A stretch of DNA of 44,199 nt from Pseudomonadota bacterium (GCA_027320085.1 DAHVLZ010000047.1:1-44199); one strand, 5' to 3'; counted from the first letter of the stretch, positions 27,609-38,828 are shown. Notes: a model not told the origin generated them from the letters alone. Made by a program: numbers and translations.

Positions 27609-28666
27609 GCCACGGATCCGCGCTGCCGGCTCGGCCTCGGGTGGCGGTTGTCGGTGCCACCGGACTGGTCGGCCGCACGATCATCGAGATCTTGGATGGA
27701 CGAAAATTCCCGATGACCGCCCTGGACGCGGTGGCCAGTATGGATTCCTTGGGGACCCCGATCGAATTCGGGACGCGGATGCTCAAGGTCCGTGCTCTCG
27801 ACGACTATGATTTCCGTGGGGTCGATCTCGCCTTCTTTGCGCTCGATACCAAACTCAGCGGGCAGCATGTGCCGCGTGCCCTGGAAGCCGGATGTTGCGT
27901 GATCGACAATAGCCGGGTCTACCGGATGGATCCCGGGGTCCCCCTCGTCGTCCCTGAGGTTAATGCGTCGTCACTCCGGGTCACGCCCGCACCCCGGCTC
28001 ATTGCCAATCCGAACTGTTCGACCATTCCCCTGGCGATCGTATTACGCTGCCTCGATGATCTGGTCGGTGTGGTTCGCGTCGATCTCTCGACTTATCAGG
28101 CGGTTTCCGGGGCAGGACGGATGGGCATCGAGATTCTGGCACGCGAAAGCCGGGACCGGCTGAGTGGCCAGGAAGTCGTTCCGGATCCCCTCTTCGCGAC
28201 GGTACCGATTGCCTTCAACGTGATCCCCCAGATTGATGACTTTGAAAGCTCGGGGTATACCCGCGAAGAGATGAAGATTGTCCATGAACTCCGCAAGATC
28301 CTGGATCGTCCGGATCTTGAGGTCAATCCGACCGCCGTCCGGGTACCCGTCTTTTTTGGCCACGCGGCCGCCGTCCATGCGGAGCTCCAGCAGCCCCTTG
28401 ACCCGGGGGTACTCAGGGATGCGCTGGCCGAAATCCCGGCGGTTCAGGTGCGCGATCGCCCGGAGGCGGGTGGCTATCCTACCCCGCAGACCGATGCGGC
28501 ACGCCATGACCAAGTCTTCGTCGGCCGAATTCGGTCCGACCTCTCGCGACCGAACGATATCAACTTCTGGGTGGTATCTGACAATGTCCGCAAGGGCGCG
28601 GCGCTCAATGCCGTCCAGATCGGGGAATACCTTCTGGCTGGTTGGTCTGACGGCCAGGGGGGCTGA
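27605..28666 (+). CDS. asd: Aspartate-semialdehyde dehydrogenase
   Basis: [37 protein letters not shown] and DNVRKGAA motifs. Confidence 0.95.
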   Translation: MSHGSALPARPRVAVVGATGLVGRTIIEILDGRKFPMTALDAVASMDSLGTPIEFGTRMLKVRALDDYDFRGVDLAFFALDTKLSGQHVPRALEAGCCVIDNSRVYRMDPGVPLVVPEVNASSLRVTPAPRLIANPNCSTIPLAIVLRCLDDLVGVVRVDLSTYQAVSGAGRMGIEILARESRDRLSGQEVVPDPLFATVPIAFNVIPQIDDFESSGYTREEMKIVHELRKILDRPDLEVNPTAVRVPVFFGHAAAVHAELQQPLDPGVLRDALAEIPAVQVRDRPEAGGYPTPQTDAARHDQVFVGRIRSDLSRPNDINFWVVSDNVRKGAALNAVQIGEYLLAGWSDGQGG

Positions 28667-28693
28667 CCGGAGATGCCTCCTGGTTTCCGGGAA

Positions 28694-28721
28694 TTGTAAT
28701 TTTCTTTGTTTGAGCTATAGT
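28694..28721 (+). promoter_or_regulatory. Putative sigma70 promoter for fimV
   Basis: TTGTAA-N16-TATAGT in an AT-rich intergenic stretch. Confidence 0.45.
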
Positions 28722-28776
28722 TAGACTGGATTCATGAGAGAGCCTGTGAGTTGAACAGGCAGGGCGGAGGGGGTTC

Positions 28777-30942
28777 ATGACCACGCGATCGATCAGGCGT
28801 TGGGTGCTCGCTGCTGGGCTGATGCTCGGCTGGAGTCCCGCAGGATTTGCGCTTGGACTGGGTCCCATTCACTCCAAGACCGCGATCAACCAGTATTTCT
28901 ATGCCACGATCCCGGTCGAGAGCAGAAGCGCCAGCACGTTCCGTTCACTCAAGGTCCGCCTGGCCGGGTACCAGCAGTTCAAGAAGAGAGGCCTTGATTA
29001 TCCTGCGGTACTCATGAGTTTCCGTTTCCATCTCGAGAGAATGGCGAACGGGCAGCACGACATCGTCGTGACGAGCGACCAGCCGATCCAGCGGCCCTTC
29101 CTGGTTTTTCTGCTGGATGTCCGCTGGCCGAGTGGACGGCTGATGCGGGAATATACGGTTCTCCTGAACCCCCCGCTTTTGGCTTCCACCCGCCCCGCGC
29201 CGCATGTCCGCGAGGCTCCCCTCACCCAGCCCCGTTCCAGCCGGGTTCGACTGACGGAGCCTTCGTCCAGACCCACCATCCACCGTCCGTCTCGCCCGCC
29301 CACCCGGACGCTGGGTCCGATCCGGGAGGGGCAGACGCTCTGGGCGATTGCAAACCGCCGGGTCTCGAACCCGGCGCGCATCGACCAGTTGATGCTGGCC
29401 ATCTACCGCCGGAACCCTTATGCATTTTTCGGGAACATCAACCGTCTGCGGGCTGGGGCCGTCCTCCGGATCCCGCCCGCCCACGAAATCCGGACCATTC
29501 CGCTCAGGGAAGCGATCGCGTTCGTCAGAACGCAAGATCACACCTGGCGATCGGGCATGTTCCCTGGCCAGCAGGCCCCACAGTCATCGCGCCTTGTGCT
29601 CCTGTCCCCGAGCCGGATGCGGTTGTCCCACCGTCCGGGTCCTGCTCCCGCTGTTGTGGCGCATCTCCGCGAGAAGCTCAAGGGGGACAATGCACGGGTT
29701 GCCGCCCTGGCGGCCGCGGTCAAGAACCAAAAAGCCCAGATCACCCGGCTCAAAAATCTCCTGACCCTGAAAAACCAGACTTTGGTCTCGCTGGAACACT
29801 CGGCTCACCACCTGAAGACAGCCTCGTCCCCGTTTTTGGGCCTGCCTTCCTTGCTGTGGATCCTGCTTGCGGTGCTCGTGATCCTGGTTCTGGGTTGGTT
29901 CTGGTTCAAGCGCCGGAGCGGGCGGCAGGAACGGGCTGAGGCAGTGGCATTTGCACGTCCAACCGAGAGGCTTTCCACCGGCGCTAACCGGAACGAGTCG
30001 ACCGAATCCGTGGAAATCCCGTTGCACGAGGCAGCTGCCCCGGAGGCTCCTGATCTTCAGCCGGCCGAAACCGGAAGCCCGGACGAGGCTGCTTTCGACC
30101 CCTTCACCGAAGTCAAGTTTCACATGGCCTACGGACTTTATGACCGCGCCATTGAGACCCTCACTTCCTGGCTGGATCAGAATCCGGAACGGCAGGATGT
30201 GCAACTCAAGCTGCTTGAAGTGTATGCCACAGCGGGACGGAGCGAAGAGTACGTGGCGCTGGCTCGCCGCTACCAGTCCCGTTTCGGGACCGACGATGCC
30301 CACTGGCCGGAAGTGGCTGAGCGGGGGCGCCAGATTGCTCCCGGCGAGCCGTTCTTCGATCAGGCAGCATCCTCTGCCCCGAGGGCGGCGCCTGCCCCAG
30401 CCGATACAGGAGCTGTCGCCACGACCACCGACAATATCGAACATTACTTTGATGAGTTGATGGGAACCCCGGAAATGCCGGCAGAACCTTCCAAGACGGA
30501 ACTTTCGTCCGCTGAGGCGGTATCCCCGCTGATTCACCGTGAATCCGACATTGGAACGGACACGACCACCAATACCGAGATCAACCTCGAGTTTGAACTG
30601 GAAGCCTTCAACCCCGATACTGCTCACCGGAACACAGCGGGCGAATCACCGGCTGCCAGTCCTGTGGGAACCCGGACGGGGAGCGGAACACTGGATCCCG
30701 AGAGTCAAAGGAGTTTCGACGAGTCCATTGCGGCGATTACCCAGCATACCGCCACCCTCACGGTGAGCGGCCTCGGATCCGGGACAGAAACCGTGTCAAC
30801 CAAGATCGACCTGGCCCGGGCCTACCTCGAAATGGGCGACAGGGACAGTGCCAAGAGCATCCTCGACGAGGTGATCGAGGAGGGAAGTCCGGCGCAGAAG
30901 ACGCAAGCCCGCGAGATCCTGGCGACGATCACCAACGGTTGA
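28777..30942 (+). CDS. fimV: FimV/HubP polar landmark protein
   Basis: Signal peptide then ALGLG, REYTVLL, LysM (GQTLWAIA), coiled coil, TM helix, TPR and C-terminal KIDLARAYLEMGD; asd-fimV-truA synteny. Confidence 0.93.
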   Translation: MTTRSIRRWVLAAGLMLGWSPAGFALGLGPIHSKTAINQYFYATIPVESRSASTFRSLKVRLAGYQQFKKRGLDYPAVLMSFRFHLERMANGQHDIVVTSDQPIQRPFLVFLLDVRWPSGRLMREYTVLLNPPLLASTRPAPHVREAPLTQPRSSRVRLTEPSSRPTIHRPSRPPTRTLGPIREGQTLWAIANRRVSNPARIDQLMLAIYRRNPYAFFGNINRLRAGAVLRIPPAHEIRTIPLREAIAFVRTQDHTWRSGMFPGQQAPQSSRLVLLSPSRMRLSHRPGPAPAVVAHLREKLKGDNARVAALAAAVKNQKAQITRLKNLLTLKNQTLVSLEHSAHHLKTASSPFLGLPSLLWILLAVLVILVLGWFWFKRRSGRQERAEAVAFARPTERLSTGANRNESTESVEIPLHEAAAPEAPDLQPAETGSPDEAAFDPFTEVKFHMAYGLYDRAIETLTSWLDQNPERQDVQLKLLEVYATAGRSEEYVALARRYQSRFGTDDAHWPEVAERGRQIAPGEPFFDQAASSAPRAAPAPADTGAVATTTDNIEHYFDELMGTPEMPAEPSKTELSSAEAVSPLIHRESDIGTDTTTNTEINLEFELEAFNPDTAHRNTAGESPAASPVGTRTGSGTLDPESQRSFDESIAAITQHTATLTVSGLGSGTETVSTKIDLARAYLEMGDRDSAKSILDEVIEEGSPAQKTQAREILATITNG

Positions 30943-30957
30943 TTTCGCCGTTCCGGA

Positions 30958-31728
30958 ATGAGGATTGCACTCGGGTTGGAGTATTCGGGCACCCTCTTTG
31001 CCGGATTCCAGTACCAGAAAGATCGGCGGACGGTCCAGGCCGTTCTCGAGCAGGCCCTAAGACGCGTGGCCGACCACCCCCTGCGGGTGGTGCCAGCTGG
31101 ACGGACTGATGCCGGTGTGCATGCCCGCGAACAGGTGGTTCATTTCGACAGTGGGGCCCGACGCACGCCGCGGGCCTGGCGTGAGGGGACGAATGCCGGC
31201 CTGCCTCCCGACGTCGTGGTGCTCTGGGCACGAGAGGTGTCTCCCGATTTCCATGCCCGCCGCTCGGCGCTTGCCCGCTGCTACCGGTACCGGATCCGGA
31301 CTGCACTGACCCGCCCGGCGCTCGACCGGGATCGTGTCTTCTGGACACGGCGCCCCCTTGATGTGGAGGCCATGCGGCGGTCTCTGGAGGGCTGGCTCGG
31401 CGAGCAGGATTGGTCGGCTTTCCGATCGGCCGGCTGCCAATCCCGCTCCAGCCGGCGCCGGGTCGATCGACTGACCCTCCTGGAACAGGGAGAAGAGGTG
31501 GTTTTCGAAATTGAGGCGAACGCCTTTCTGTATCACATGGTGAGGAACTTTGTGGGATCACTGCTCGAGGTGGGATACGGCCACCAGCTCCCCGAGTGGC
31601 TCCGCGAAGTCCAGGCAGGCCGGAATCGTGCGGCTGCCGGCGTCATGGCCCCTCCCGAGGGTCTCTATCTCTGGACGGTCCGTTACCCCGACCGTTATGG
31701 CTTCGGCCAGCGACCCGTGCCCGGGTAG
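30958..31728 (+). CDS. truA: tRNA pseudouridine(38-40) synthase
   Basis: AGRTDAGVHA, FHAR and ANAFLYHMVRN motifs. Confidence 0.97.
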   Translation: MRIALGLEYSGTLFAGFQYQKDRRTVQAVLEQALRRVADHPLRVVPAGRTDAGVHAREQVVHFDSGARRTPRAWREGTNAGLPPDVVVLWAREVSPDFHARRSALARCYRYRIRTALTRPALDRDRVFWTRRPLDVEAMRRSLEGWLGEQDWSAFRSAGCQSRSSRRRVDRLTLLEQGEEVVFEIEANAFLYHMVRNFVGSLLEVGYGHQLPEWLREVQAGRNRAAAGVMAPPEGLYLWTVRYPDRYGFGQRPVPG

Positions 31729-31779
31729 ATAAAGACAGAGCCCGCCCGGACCCAGCGCCAGGGCCGGCAAATTGTTTAT

Positions 31780-31806
31780 GATGGGACATTCATGTTGTGT
31801 CCCATC
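31780..31806. repeat. Perfect 9-bp inverted repeat upstream of accD
   Basis: GATGGGACA-N9-TGTCCCATC. Confidence 0.6.
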
Positions 31807-31822
31807 CGGGAGAGGGTTCGGC

Positions 31823-32677
31823 GTGTGGTGGTCACGCTGGCGAACAGCGCAAGAGGCAGATGAAAAAAAGCCCCGGAAAGGGATCCCGGAAGGGCTCTGG
31901 ACCAAGTGTCCCGGATGCACGGCGGTGCTTTATCGCCCGGAACTTGATCGCAATCTCTTCGTTTGTCCCAAATGCGGCCACCATTTACGGATTGGTGCCC
32001 GGCAACGCTTGCAGTGGTTCCTGGATCCGGACTCCGCCGTTGAAATTGCGGCCAATCTTTCCCCGGTCGACTTTCTCCAGTTCAAGGATACCCGTCGCTA
32101 CCGGGATCGACTGCTACAGGCCCAGAAAACCACCGGGGAACGGGATGCCTTGGTGACTGTGACGGGGACCCTTTTGGGCCAGCCGGTTGTAGTCGCGGCA
32201 TTCGAGTTTTCCTATCTTGGTGGATCCATGGGTTCCGTGGTGGGTGAACGCTTCGTGCGTGCCTGCAACACGGCGCTCGAGATGCGCATCCCGTTCATCT
32301 GTTTCAGTGCCAGCGGCGGAGCGCGGATGCAGGAAGCCCTGATGTCCCTCATGCAGATGGCCAAGACCAGTGCTGCGCTGAGCCGGCTTTCCCGCTACGG
32401 CGTCCCGTATTTCTCGGTCATGACGGATCCCACGACAGGAGGGGTTACGGCCAGTCTGGCCATGCTCGGGGACATCAACATCGCTGAACCGGGAGCCCTG
32501 ATCGGTTTTGCCGGCCCTCGGGTCATCGAACAGACGGTCCGGGAAACGCTGCCGGAAGGTTTCCAGCGCGCCGAATTCCTCTTGGCCAACGGTGCGATTG
32601 ATCTCATCATCGACCGGAGGGAACAGCGTGACCGGATTGGAAGGCTCGTCCGGTTGCTCAAACCCCCCTCGCCTTGA
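31823..32677 (+). CDS. accD: Acetyl-CoA carboxylase carboxyltransferase beta subunit
   Basis: [10 protein letters not shown]...CPKC zinc finger, [19 protein letters not shown] and GFAGPRVI; start probably GTG 31823. Confidence 0.97.
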   Translation: MWWSRWRTAQEADEKKPRKGIPEGLWTKCPGCTAVLYRPELDRNLFVCPKCGHHLRIGARQRLQWFLDPDSAVEIAANLSPVDFLQFKDTRRYRDRLLQAQKTTGERDALVTVTGTLLGQPVVVAAFEFSYLGGSMGSVVGERFVRACNTALEMRIPFICFSASGGARMQEALMSLMQMAKTSAALSRLSRYGVPYFSVMTDPTTGGVTASLAMLGDINIAEPGALIGFAGPRVIEQTVRETLPEGFQRAEFLLANGAIDLIIDRREQRDRIGRLVRLLKPPSP

Positions 32678-34014
32678 TGGCGGTCTCCTTTCCAACGGTC
32701 GAGGAATGGACCCGCTACCTGGAAACCCTCTCGCCCCCGGAGACCATCCACTTGGGGCTCGAGCGCATGGACGAGCTGCTCAGGCGGCTTTCCTGGCGAC
32801 CGGAGGCCGTACCGGTGATCACGGTAGGGGGCACGAATGGGAAGGGCTCCACGGTTGCCCTTCTGGAGAGCATCCTCCGGAAGGCGGGCTACCGGGTCGG
32901 TGCCTACCTGTCACCCCATCTTCTGCGGTATCACGAACGCATCCGCATCGGCGGCCTGGATATCGGGGAGGAGGCACTCTGTGCCGGATTTTCGGCCGTA
33001 GAACGGGCGCGGGGGGATCTGCCGCTCACCTTTTTCGAGTTCGGCACGGCAGTGGCCCTCTGGGCGTTTCGCGAGGCTCCGGTTGACCTGGCCGTGCTTG
33101 AAGTGGGACTCGGTGGCCGTCTGGATGCCGTGAATGCCGTCGATCCCATGGCCGCTGCCGTGACCGCTGTCGGGATTGACCACATCGAATGGCTGGGGCC
33201 CGACCGGGAATCGATCGGGGCCGAGAAGGCGGGGATTTTCAGGTCTCATCGCCCGGCCATCGTGGGAGACCCGGCTCCACCCCGAAGCTTGAGCGACAAG
33301 GCCGTGCAGGTCGGCGCCGATCTTTGGCTCAGGGGGGTGGATTTTGACTGGATGGCCGAGGGTCGCTCCGGATCTTGGAGTTACCACGGGCGGGAGGTCC
33401 TCTACCGGAAACTTCCGGCCCCGGCCTTGGCCGGCTTCATCCAGTACGGCAATGCGGCCACGGCATTAGCACTTCTGGAGTCGCTCAATTCCCGCTGGCC
33501 GGTGAGCGAGCCTGCGATCCGGGCCGGTCTGCTCCAGGCCCGGCTGCCCGGTCGGTTCGAATGGCGGCAGTGGCACCCTGGCCCCGCCTGGTGCCTGGAT
33601 GTGGCCCATAACCCACAAGCCGCAGGTGTTTTGGCCGATGAACTCTCCCGGAGGACGCCCGGGATACCCCGTCATCTGGTGTTCGGCATGATGAGGGACA
33701 AGGATCTCGATGGCTTCCTCGGAGTTCTCGCACCCTTGGTCGATGTCTTCCATCCGGTGGGTCTTGCACCTCCCCGTGGTTTGGATCTTGGGGAACTCTC
33801 ACGGCGCCTGCACGCACGCCTGCCCTGTGCGAGAATTGAGCCGTGGGAGGATCTCCCAGAGGCGGTGATGCGCTGTCGACAGCTTCCGGAGCCCAAGACG
33901 GTTTATGTCGTGACCGGGTCGTTCCGGACATTGGAGCGAATGATTCCGTTGATCGAATCCGGCTGCTCTCCCCAAGCCAGCGGGAGGATGACCCCGGGGC
34001 TTAGCCGGACATGA
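32677..34014 (+). CDS. folC: Dihydrofolate/folylpolyglutamate synthase
   Basis: GTNGKGS, SPHL, EVGLGGRLDAVN, EKAGI and DVAHN motifs. Confidence 0.96.
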   Translation: MAVSFPTVEEWTRYLETLSPPETIHLGLERMDELLRRLSWRPEAVPVITVGGTNGKGSTVALLESILRKAGYRVGAYLSPHLLRYHERIRIGGLDIGEEALCAGFSAVERARGDLPLTFFEFGTAVALWAFREAPVDLAVLEVGLGGRLDAVNAVDPMAAAVTAVGIDHIEWLGPDRESIGAEKAGIFRSHRPAIVGDPAPPRSLSDKAVQVGADLWLRGVDFDWMAEGRSGSWSYHGREVLYRKLPAPALAGFIQYGNAATALALLESLNSRWPVSEPAIRAGLLQARLPGRFEWRQWHPGPAWCLDVAHNPQAAGVLADELSRRTPGIPRHLVFGMMRDKDLDGFLGVLAPLVDVFHPVGLAPPRGLDLGELSRRLHARLPCARIEPWEDLPEAVMRCRQLPEPKTVYVVTGSFRTLERMIPLIESGCSPQASGRMTPGLSRT

Positions 34015-34568
34015 GCCGCTCGCGCCGTCGAACGGGTTTCCTCTGGGTCAGCGGAGTGGTTCTGGTTGTGTTGGTGGTCTGGATGATCCATCTCGAGAAC
34101 CCGGGTTCCGGTGTGATCCGACGAGGCGGACCCGAAGTCGTCACCCTGGCGTTGCCCCCCCCTGTCCCCTCGGCTGTGCAGGGTCGCCCGGAGCCGGCGA
34201 CGACCGGTGCCCGGCCGGCCTCCCTGATCGAGATCCCGAGGCTGCCCCCCGTTCCCGGTTCCGTCGTGCCGCCCCGCCCGTCCACTCCCCGGGCGCACCG
34301 CTTCGCTCCACCGCCGGCCGGATGGTATCTTCAGGTGGCCGCCTACTATTCGAAAGCCAGCGCACGACGGCTGGTGGCAACCCTCAAACGAAACGGTTTC
34401 CAAACCTGGTTCAGCGCCATTGTGACCCATGAACGTCGCCTGGTCCGCCTCTGGGTGGGACCCTACCGGAATCGGAGGAGCGCATATGCCATCATCGGTC
34501 GCCTGACCGCGCTGGTCGGAAACCCTCCGTTCTGGATCCATGTCCGGACGCCCCATGCCCCCCCCTGA
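34011..34568 (+). CDS. dedD: SPOR-domain cell division protein (DedD-like)
   Basis: N-terminal TM, Pro-rich linker and WYLQVAAY...RLWVGPY SPOR pattern; folC-dedD-cvpA-purF synteny. Confidence 0.8.
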   Translation: MSRSRRRTGFLWVSGVVLVVLVVWMIHLENPGSGVIRRGGPEVVTLALPPPVPSAVQGRPEPATTGARPASLIEIPRLPPVPGSVVPPRPSTPRAHRFAPPPAGWYLQVAAYYSKASARRLVATLKRNGFQTWFSAIVTHERRLVRLWVGPYRNRRSAYAIIGRLTALVGNPPFWIHVRTPHAPP

Positions 34569-34607
34569 CGGACCGTTTGCCCGGGGAAATCCTGCCGTGA
34601 GGTCCGG

Positions 34608-35078
34608 ATGAACTGGATTGATGTCGTGTTCATTTTCATCGTGATTGTGTCAGCGGTGATGAGCCTGATGCGCGGTTTCGTGCGTGAGGCGCTGTCCCTG
34701 CTCGTCTGGGTCTTGGCCTTCCTGCTCGCAGCCCGGCTCGGTCCTTGGTTGGGAGGCCACCTGTCTTTCCTGATCCACTCGCTCGACTGGCGCCTTGCGG
34801 TGGGCGAGATCATCGTCTTCCTCGTGGTCGTGATCACCGGTGCCATCGCCTTGGGTTTTCTGGGGGCGGCGATCCACAAGAGCCCATTGGGTTTCATGGA
34901 TCATCTCCTGGGCGCGGTTTTCGGGCTGGCCCGCGGAGTCTTGTTTCTGTGTATCCTGGTCTGGATCGGGCAAGTTGCCCACTTGAATCGCACTCCCGAC
35001 TGGAATCAGTCACGCCTGATTCCTTGGGTTCAGCCGCTGACTTTATGGATGGAACGGCGGCTTCCGACGGTGACCTGA
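34608..35078 (+). CDS. cvpA: CvpA family membrane protein
   Basis: MNWID...[10 protein letters not shown]...[13 protein letters not shown]. Confidence 0.93.
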   Translation: MNWIDVVFIFIVIVSAVMSLMRGFVREALSLLVWVLAFLLAARLGPWLGGHLSFLIHSLDWRLAVGEIIVFLVVVITGAIALGFLGAAIHKSPLGFMDHLLGAVFGLARGVLFLCILVWIGQVAHLNRTPDWNQSRLIPWVQPLTLWMERRLPTVT

Positions 35079-35079
35079 A

Positions 35080-36588
35080 ATGTGCGGGATTGTGGGGATC
35101 GCGGGAGTCAAGGAAGTCAACATGGACCTCTACGAGGCGCTCACCGTTCTCCAGCATCGCGGCCAGGATGCTGCGGGCCTCATGACGAGCGACGGAGAAA
35201 AATTCCACGTCCGGCGGGGGAGTGGGCTGGTTCGCGATGTGGTCCATGAACGGCATATGAGGAGTCTCACCGGCACGACCGGCATTGGTCACGTCCGCTA
35301 TCCGACGGCGGGCAGCCTGAGTCCGCTCGAGGCACAGCCGTTTTATACCAACTCGCCCTACGGCATCGGCCTCGTCCACAACGGCAATCTCACGAATGAT
35401 CGCGAGTTGCGGTCACTGCTCGTGACGTCTGACCGCCGCCACCTCAATACGGATTCAGACAGTGAGGTTCTGCTCAACGTGCTCGCCCATGAGCTCCAAG
35501 AGACGGGACGTGACCGGTTGGATCCGGAGGCGGTCTTCGCCGCCGTCCGTCGTGTCCATGAACGCTGTCTCGGAGCCTATGCGGTCGTGGCCCTGATCGC
35601 CGGGAGCGGGCTGCTGGCCTTCCGTGATCCCTGGGGTATCCGCCCGCTGGTCTTGGGGTGCCGTAGCGAACCCCGGGGAACCTCGTACCTCGTGGCCTCA
35701 GAGAGTGTGGCGCTCGATGTCCTTGGGTTCGAATACCTCAGGGACGTGACACCGGGGGAAGCCATCCTGATCAGCCCAGACGGTCGGCTCCACTCCCGGC
35801 TTTGTGCCGACCGGAGCGAGCGGCACCCCTGTCTTTTCGAGTATGTCTATCTGGCGCGACCGGACTCCCGGATTGAGGGAATTTCCGTCCACCGTGCGCG
35901 CCTGCGGATGGGGGAAAAGCTGGCGGACAAGATGAATCGGGAGGCCATGGGGTGGCCCATTGATGTGGTGATCCCGATTCCAGACACGAGTCGGATGAGC
36001 GCGCTCCAGCTCGCCAACCAGCTGGGCCTGCCTTATCGGGAGGGGTTCATCAAGAACCGCTATATTGGACGGACCTTCATCATGCCCGAGCAGAGGGAGC
36101 GGGAGCGTTCTGTCCGTCGCAAGCTCAACGTGATCGATGTTGAGTTCCGAGGAAAGAGTGTCCTGCTCGTGGATGACTCGATCGTGCGTGGAACAACTTC
36201 GCGGCAGATCGTGGAACTCGCACGAGAAGCCGGGGCCAAACGGGTTTTCTTTGCCTCGGCGGCTCCACCGGTCCGCTATCCCAACGTCTACGGAATCGAT
36301 ATGCCCTCAACCGAGGAACTGGTTGCAGCCGGACGCAGTGTCGAGACGATCCGTCAGCTGATTCGGGCGGACGGTCTGGTCTACCAGGACCTTCCGGACC
36401 TAGTCGAAGCCGTGCGGGTCGACAACCCGGCCATTACCCGTTTTGAAGATTCCTGCTTCTCCGGGAATTACCTCACGGGTGATGTAACACCGGTCTACCT
36501 GCGTGACCGTCTGACCGAACGAGCAGCGGTCCGGCGCGAGGCGGCTTTGGCCGAACTGGATCTCCGTTTTGACGAGGAGCGTCTTTAG
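35080..36588 (+). CDS. purF: Amidophosphoribosyltransferase
   Basis: [19 protein letters not shown] and [10 protein letters not shown] motifs. Confidence 0.98.
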   Translation: MCGIVGIAGVKEVNMDLYEALTVLQHRGQDAAGLMTSDGEKFHVRRGSGLVRDVVHERHMRSLTGTTGIGHVRYPTAGSLSPLEAQPFYTNSPYGIGLVHNGNLTNDRELRSLLVTSDRRHLNTDSDSEVLLNVLAHELQETGRDRLDPEAVFAAVRRVHERCLGAYAVVALIAGSGLLAFRDPWGIRPLVLGCRSEPRGTSYLVASESVALDVLGFEYLRDVTPGEAILISPDGRLHSRLCADRSERHPCLFEYVYLARPDSRIEGISVHRARLRMGEKLADKMNREAMGWPIDVVIPIPDTSRMSALQLANQLGLPYREGFIKNRYIGRTFIMPEQRERERSVRRKLNVIDVEFRGKSVLLVDDSIVRGTTSRQIVELAREAGAKRVFFASAAPPVRYPNVYGIDMPSTEELVAAGRSVETIRQLIRADGLVYQDLPDLVEAVRVDNPAITRFEDSCFSGNYLTGDVTPVYLRDRLTERAAVRREAALAELDLRFDEERL

Positions 36589-37322
36589 ATTGGGTCCGGC
36601 CGAATCCTGACCGTCTCCAGGCGATACCCCGACTCGTCCCAGCGGAGGACCTGGCCCTGTTCATACCAGTCGCCGACGACGATCCGGGTCCGTGGCACGT
36701 GGTCCAGTGTCCAGCGATGGATGGCTGGCCGATGGGTATGGCCGTGAATCAGGCACGTCAGGTCTTCACGGCGCATGAACTCGTCGATGGCAGCTGGGGT
36801 GACATCCATGAGGACATCGGCAGCCTGGGCGTTATGTTGCTGGCTGGCTTTGCGTGCGGTCGCTGCCATCGCGCGACGTTCTGCGGGTGACCGTGACAGG
36901 AATTGCTGTTGCCAGACCGGATTGCGGACCTGTGCGCGAAAAGCTTGATAGGCCTGGTCTTCCGTGCAAAAGGTATCGCCGTGCAAAAGTCCCACCGGGG
37001 TACCGTAGCATTGGATTCGTGCGGGTTCCTCGAGCGCGGTCCAGCCGGCGCGGCGGGCCAGCGCATCACCCACGAGAAAATCCCGGTTGCCCGGCATGAA
37101 GTAGAGGCGATGGTGGTTTCCGGCCAGGCCGGCCAGGCGGTCGAGCAGCGGATCGAAGGCCGGTTCCGGAGCGTCGTCGCCGATCCAGGCCTCAAACAGA
37201 TCGCCCAGGATGTAGAGTGCCCCCAAGTCGGGACGGATCCGTTCCAGCCAGTGCCCGAAGGCATCAAGCACGGCGGGTCTTTGGGGGTCGAGATGAAGGT
37301 CGGCGATGAAATAATCGGCCAT
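36585..37322 (-). CDS. lpxH: UDP-2,3-diacylglucosamine diphosphatase
   Basis: [30 protein letters not shown] and HGHTH motifs. Confidence 0.95.
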   Translation of the reverse strand: MADYFIADLHLDPQRPAVLDAFGHWLERIRPDLGALYILGDLFEAWIGDDAPEPAFDPLLDRLAGLAGNHHRLYFMPGNRDFLVGDALARRAGWTALEEPARIQCYGTPVGLLHGDTFCTEDQAYQAFRAQVRNPVWQQQFLSRSPAERRAMAATARKASQQHNAQAADVLMDVTPAAIDEFMRREDLTCLIHGHTHRPAIHRWTLDHVPRTRIVVGDWYEQGQVLRWDESGYRLETVRIRPDPI

Positions 37323-37397
37323 AGGGGCACCATGATAGCCGGTTCCTCTCCCGGGGTGAAACTGGCAGGGCGGAAAGAGGCCCGTTAACATGTCGGC

Positions 37398-38828
37398 ATG
37401 AGCCCCCAGACGAAACTCCGTTTTGCTCCAAGCCCCACCGGGGCCCTCCACTTGGGCAACGCCCGAACGGCGCTTTTCAACTACCTCGCGGCCCGTCGGA
37501 TGGACGGTGCGTTCATCATTCGGATTGAGGATACGGATCGGATGCGGAGTGATCCCCGCCACGAGACGGAGCTTTTGGCGGATCTGGCCTGGCTCGGAAT
37601 CACCTGGCAGGAAGGGCCGGATTGCGGTGGGCCGTCTGCTCCCTACCGCCAGTCTGAACGAGGGGCCCGTTACGCAGAGATTCTGAAACAGATGCGTGAT
37701 CTCGGTTGCATCTACCCGTGTTTTTGCACTGATGGGCAGCTCGCCGACGATCTCGAGAAACAAAAAAGGGATCGGAAGACTCCCCGCTATTCGGGTCGGT
37801 GTGCCCGACTGTCTGCCACTGAATCCGCAGGGCGCCTCCAGGCGGGCGAGCCGGCAGCCTGGCGCTGGCGGGTTGAGGGGAGGGGTTCATTGGATTGGGA
37901 CGATCTGGTGTACGGCCCCCAGCACCAGGAACTGGAATCCATCGGGGATTTTGTGGTGTGCCGGCGGGACGGTCAACCCGTGTTTCTCCTGACCAACCTC
38001 GTCGACGATTGTGCGATGCGGATCACGCACGTTTTCCGCGGAGTCGATCACCTGAGCAATACCGGGCGGCAGCTACTCATGACCCACGCGCTTTCGCTAG
38101 GCGCGCCGCTCTACGGCCATCTTCCCCTCTTGGTCAATCCCGGTGGAGCCCCGCTGGCCAAGCGCGAGGGTGCGGTTGGTCTGGGATCGCTCGCCCGGGC
38201 GGGTTACCGGCCCATCGCGGTCCAGAACTATCTGGCCCGGCTCGGCCATTCCTATGCTGAAAACGGTCTCCTGGATCCCGAAACCTTGGCCCGGTCCTTC
38301 GACTGGAACTCCATCAACCGTGCTCCTGCCGTTTTCGACCTGGACCAGTTGGACCACTGGCAGCATCTCGCAGTCCGTGCCTTGGACGAGCCGGCCTATG
38401 CCCAATGGGCGGCGCAGGCGCTCGGCTCCACGGCACCGGCTGGCCTCGCATCTTTGGTTCGTGACAACGTCCGTTCCCACGCCGACCTCGTCCAGTGGGG
38501 GGAGCGGCTGGCCGGTCGGAGTTCCCCGACGGAGGAAGCACAGGCGGTCCTCCAGGCGCTGGATGCCCGTCTTGCCGAGTATGGGGAGGCGCATGCCGCC
38601 ACGGCCTCCCTCACCGATTTTCTGTCCGGGCTTCGGACGGATCATCCGTCGGCTTTCCCGTCCCGGAAGGTGTATCCGGCCTTGCGCGCGATTCTGACCG
38701 GCAGTCTCGAAGGTCCCGAGCTGGCTCGGATCTGGGACTGGATGGGACCTGAGCGTAGGCAGCAGGCTTTCCAAAACGTCCGGCATCATACCCAGCCGAC
38801 TTCGCCATCCGCGAAATACCCTGCCTGA
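37398..38828 (+). CDS. gltX: Glutamate--tRNA ligase (possibly the second, GluRS2-type paralog)
   Basis: RFAPSPTG, HLGN, RIEDTD, YRQSER, YPCFC and ITHVFRG; the KMSKS equivalent reads PLAKR; anticodon-binding domain present. Confidence 0.9.
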   Translation: MSPQTKLRFAPSPTGALHLGNARTALFNYLAARRMDGAFIIRIEDTDRMRSDPRHETELLADLAWLGITWQEGPDCGGPSAPYRQSERGARYAEILKQMRDLGCIYPCFCTDGQLADDLEKQKRDRKTPRYSGRCARLSATESAGRLQAGEPAAWRWRVEGRGSLDWDDLVYGPQHQELESIGDFVVCRRDGQPVFLLTNLVDDCAMRITHVFRGVDHLSNTGRQLLMTHALSLGAPLYGHLPLLVNPGGAPLAKREGAVGLGSLARAGYRPIAVQNYLARLGHSYAENGLLDPETLARSFDWNSINRAPAVFDLDQLDHWQHLAVRALDEPAYAQWAAQALGSTAPAGLASLVRDNVRSHADLVQWGERLAGRSSPTEEAQAVLQALDARLAEYGEAHAATASLTDFLSGLRTDHPSAFPSRKVYPALRAILTGSLEGPELARIWDWMGPERRQQAFQNVRHHTQPTSPSAKYPA

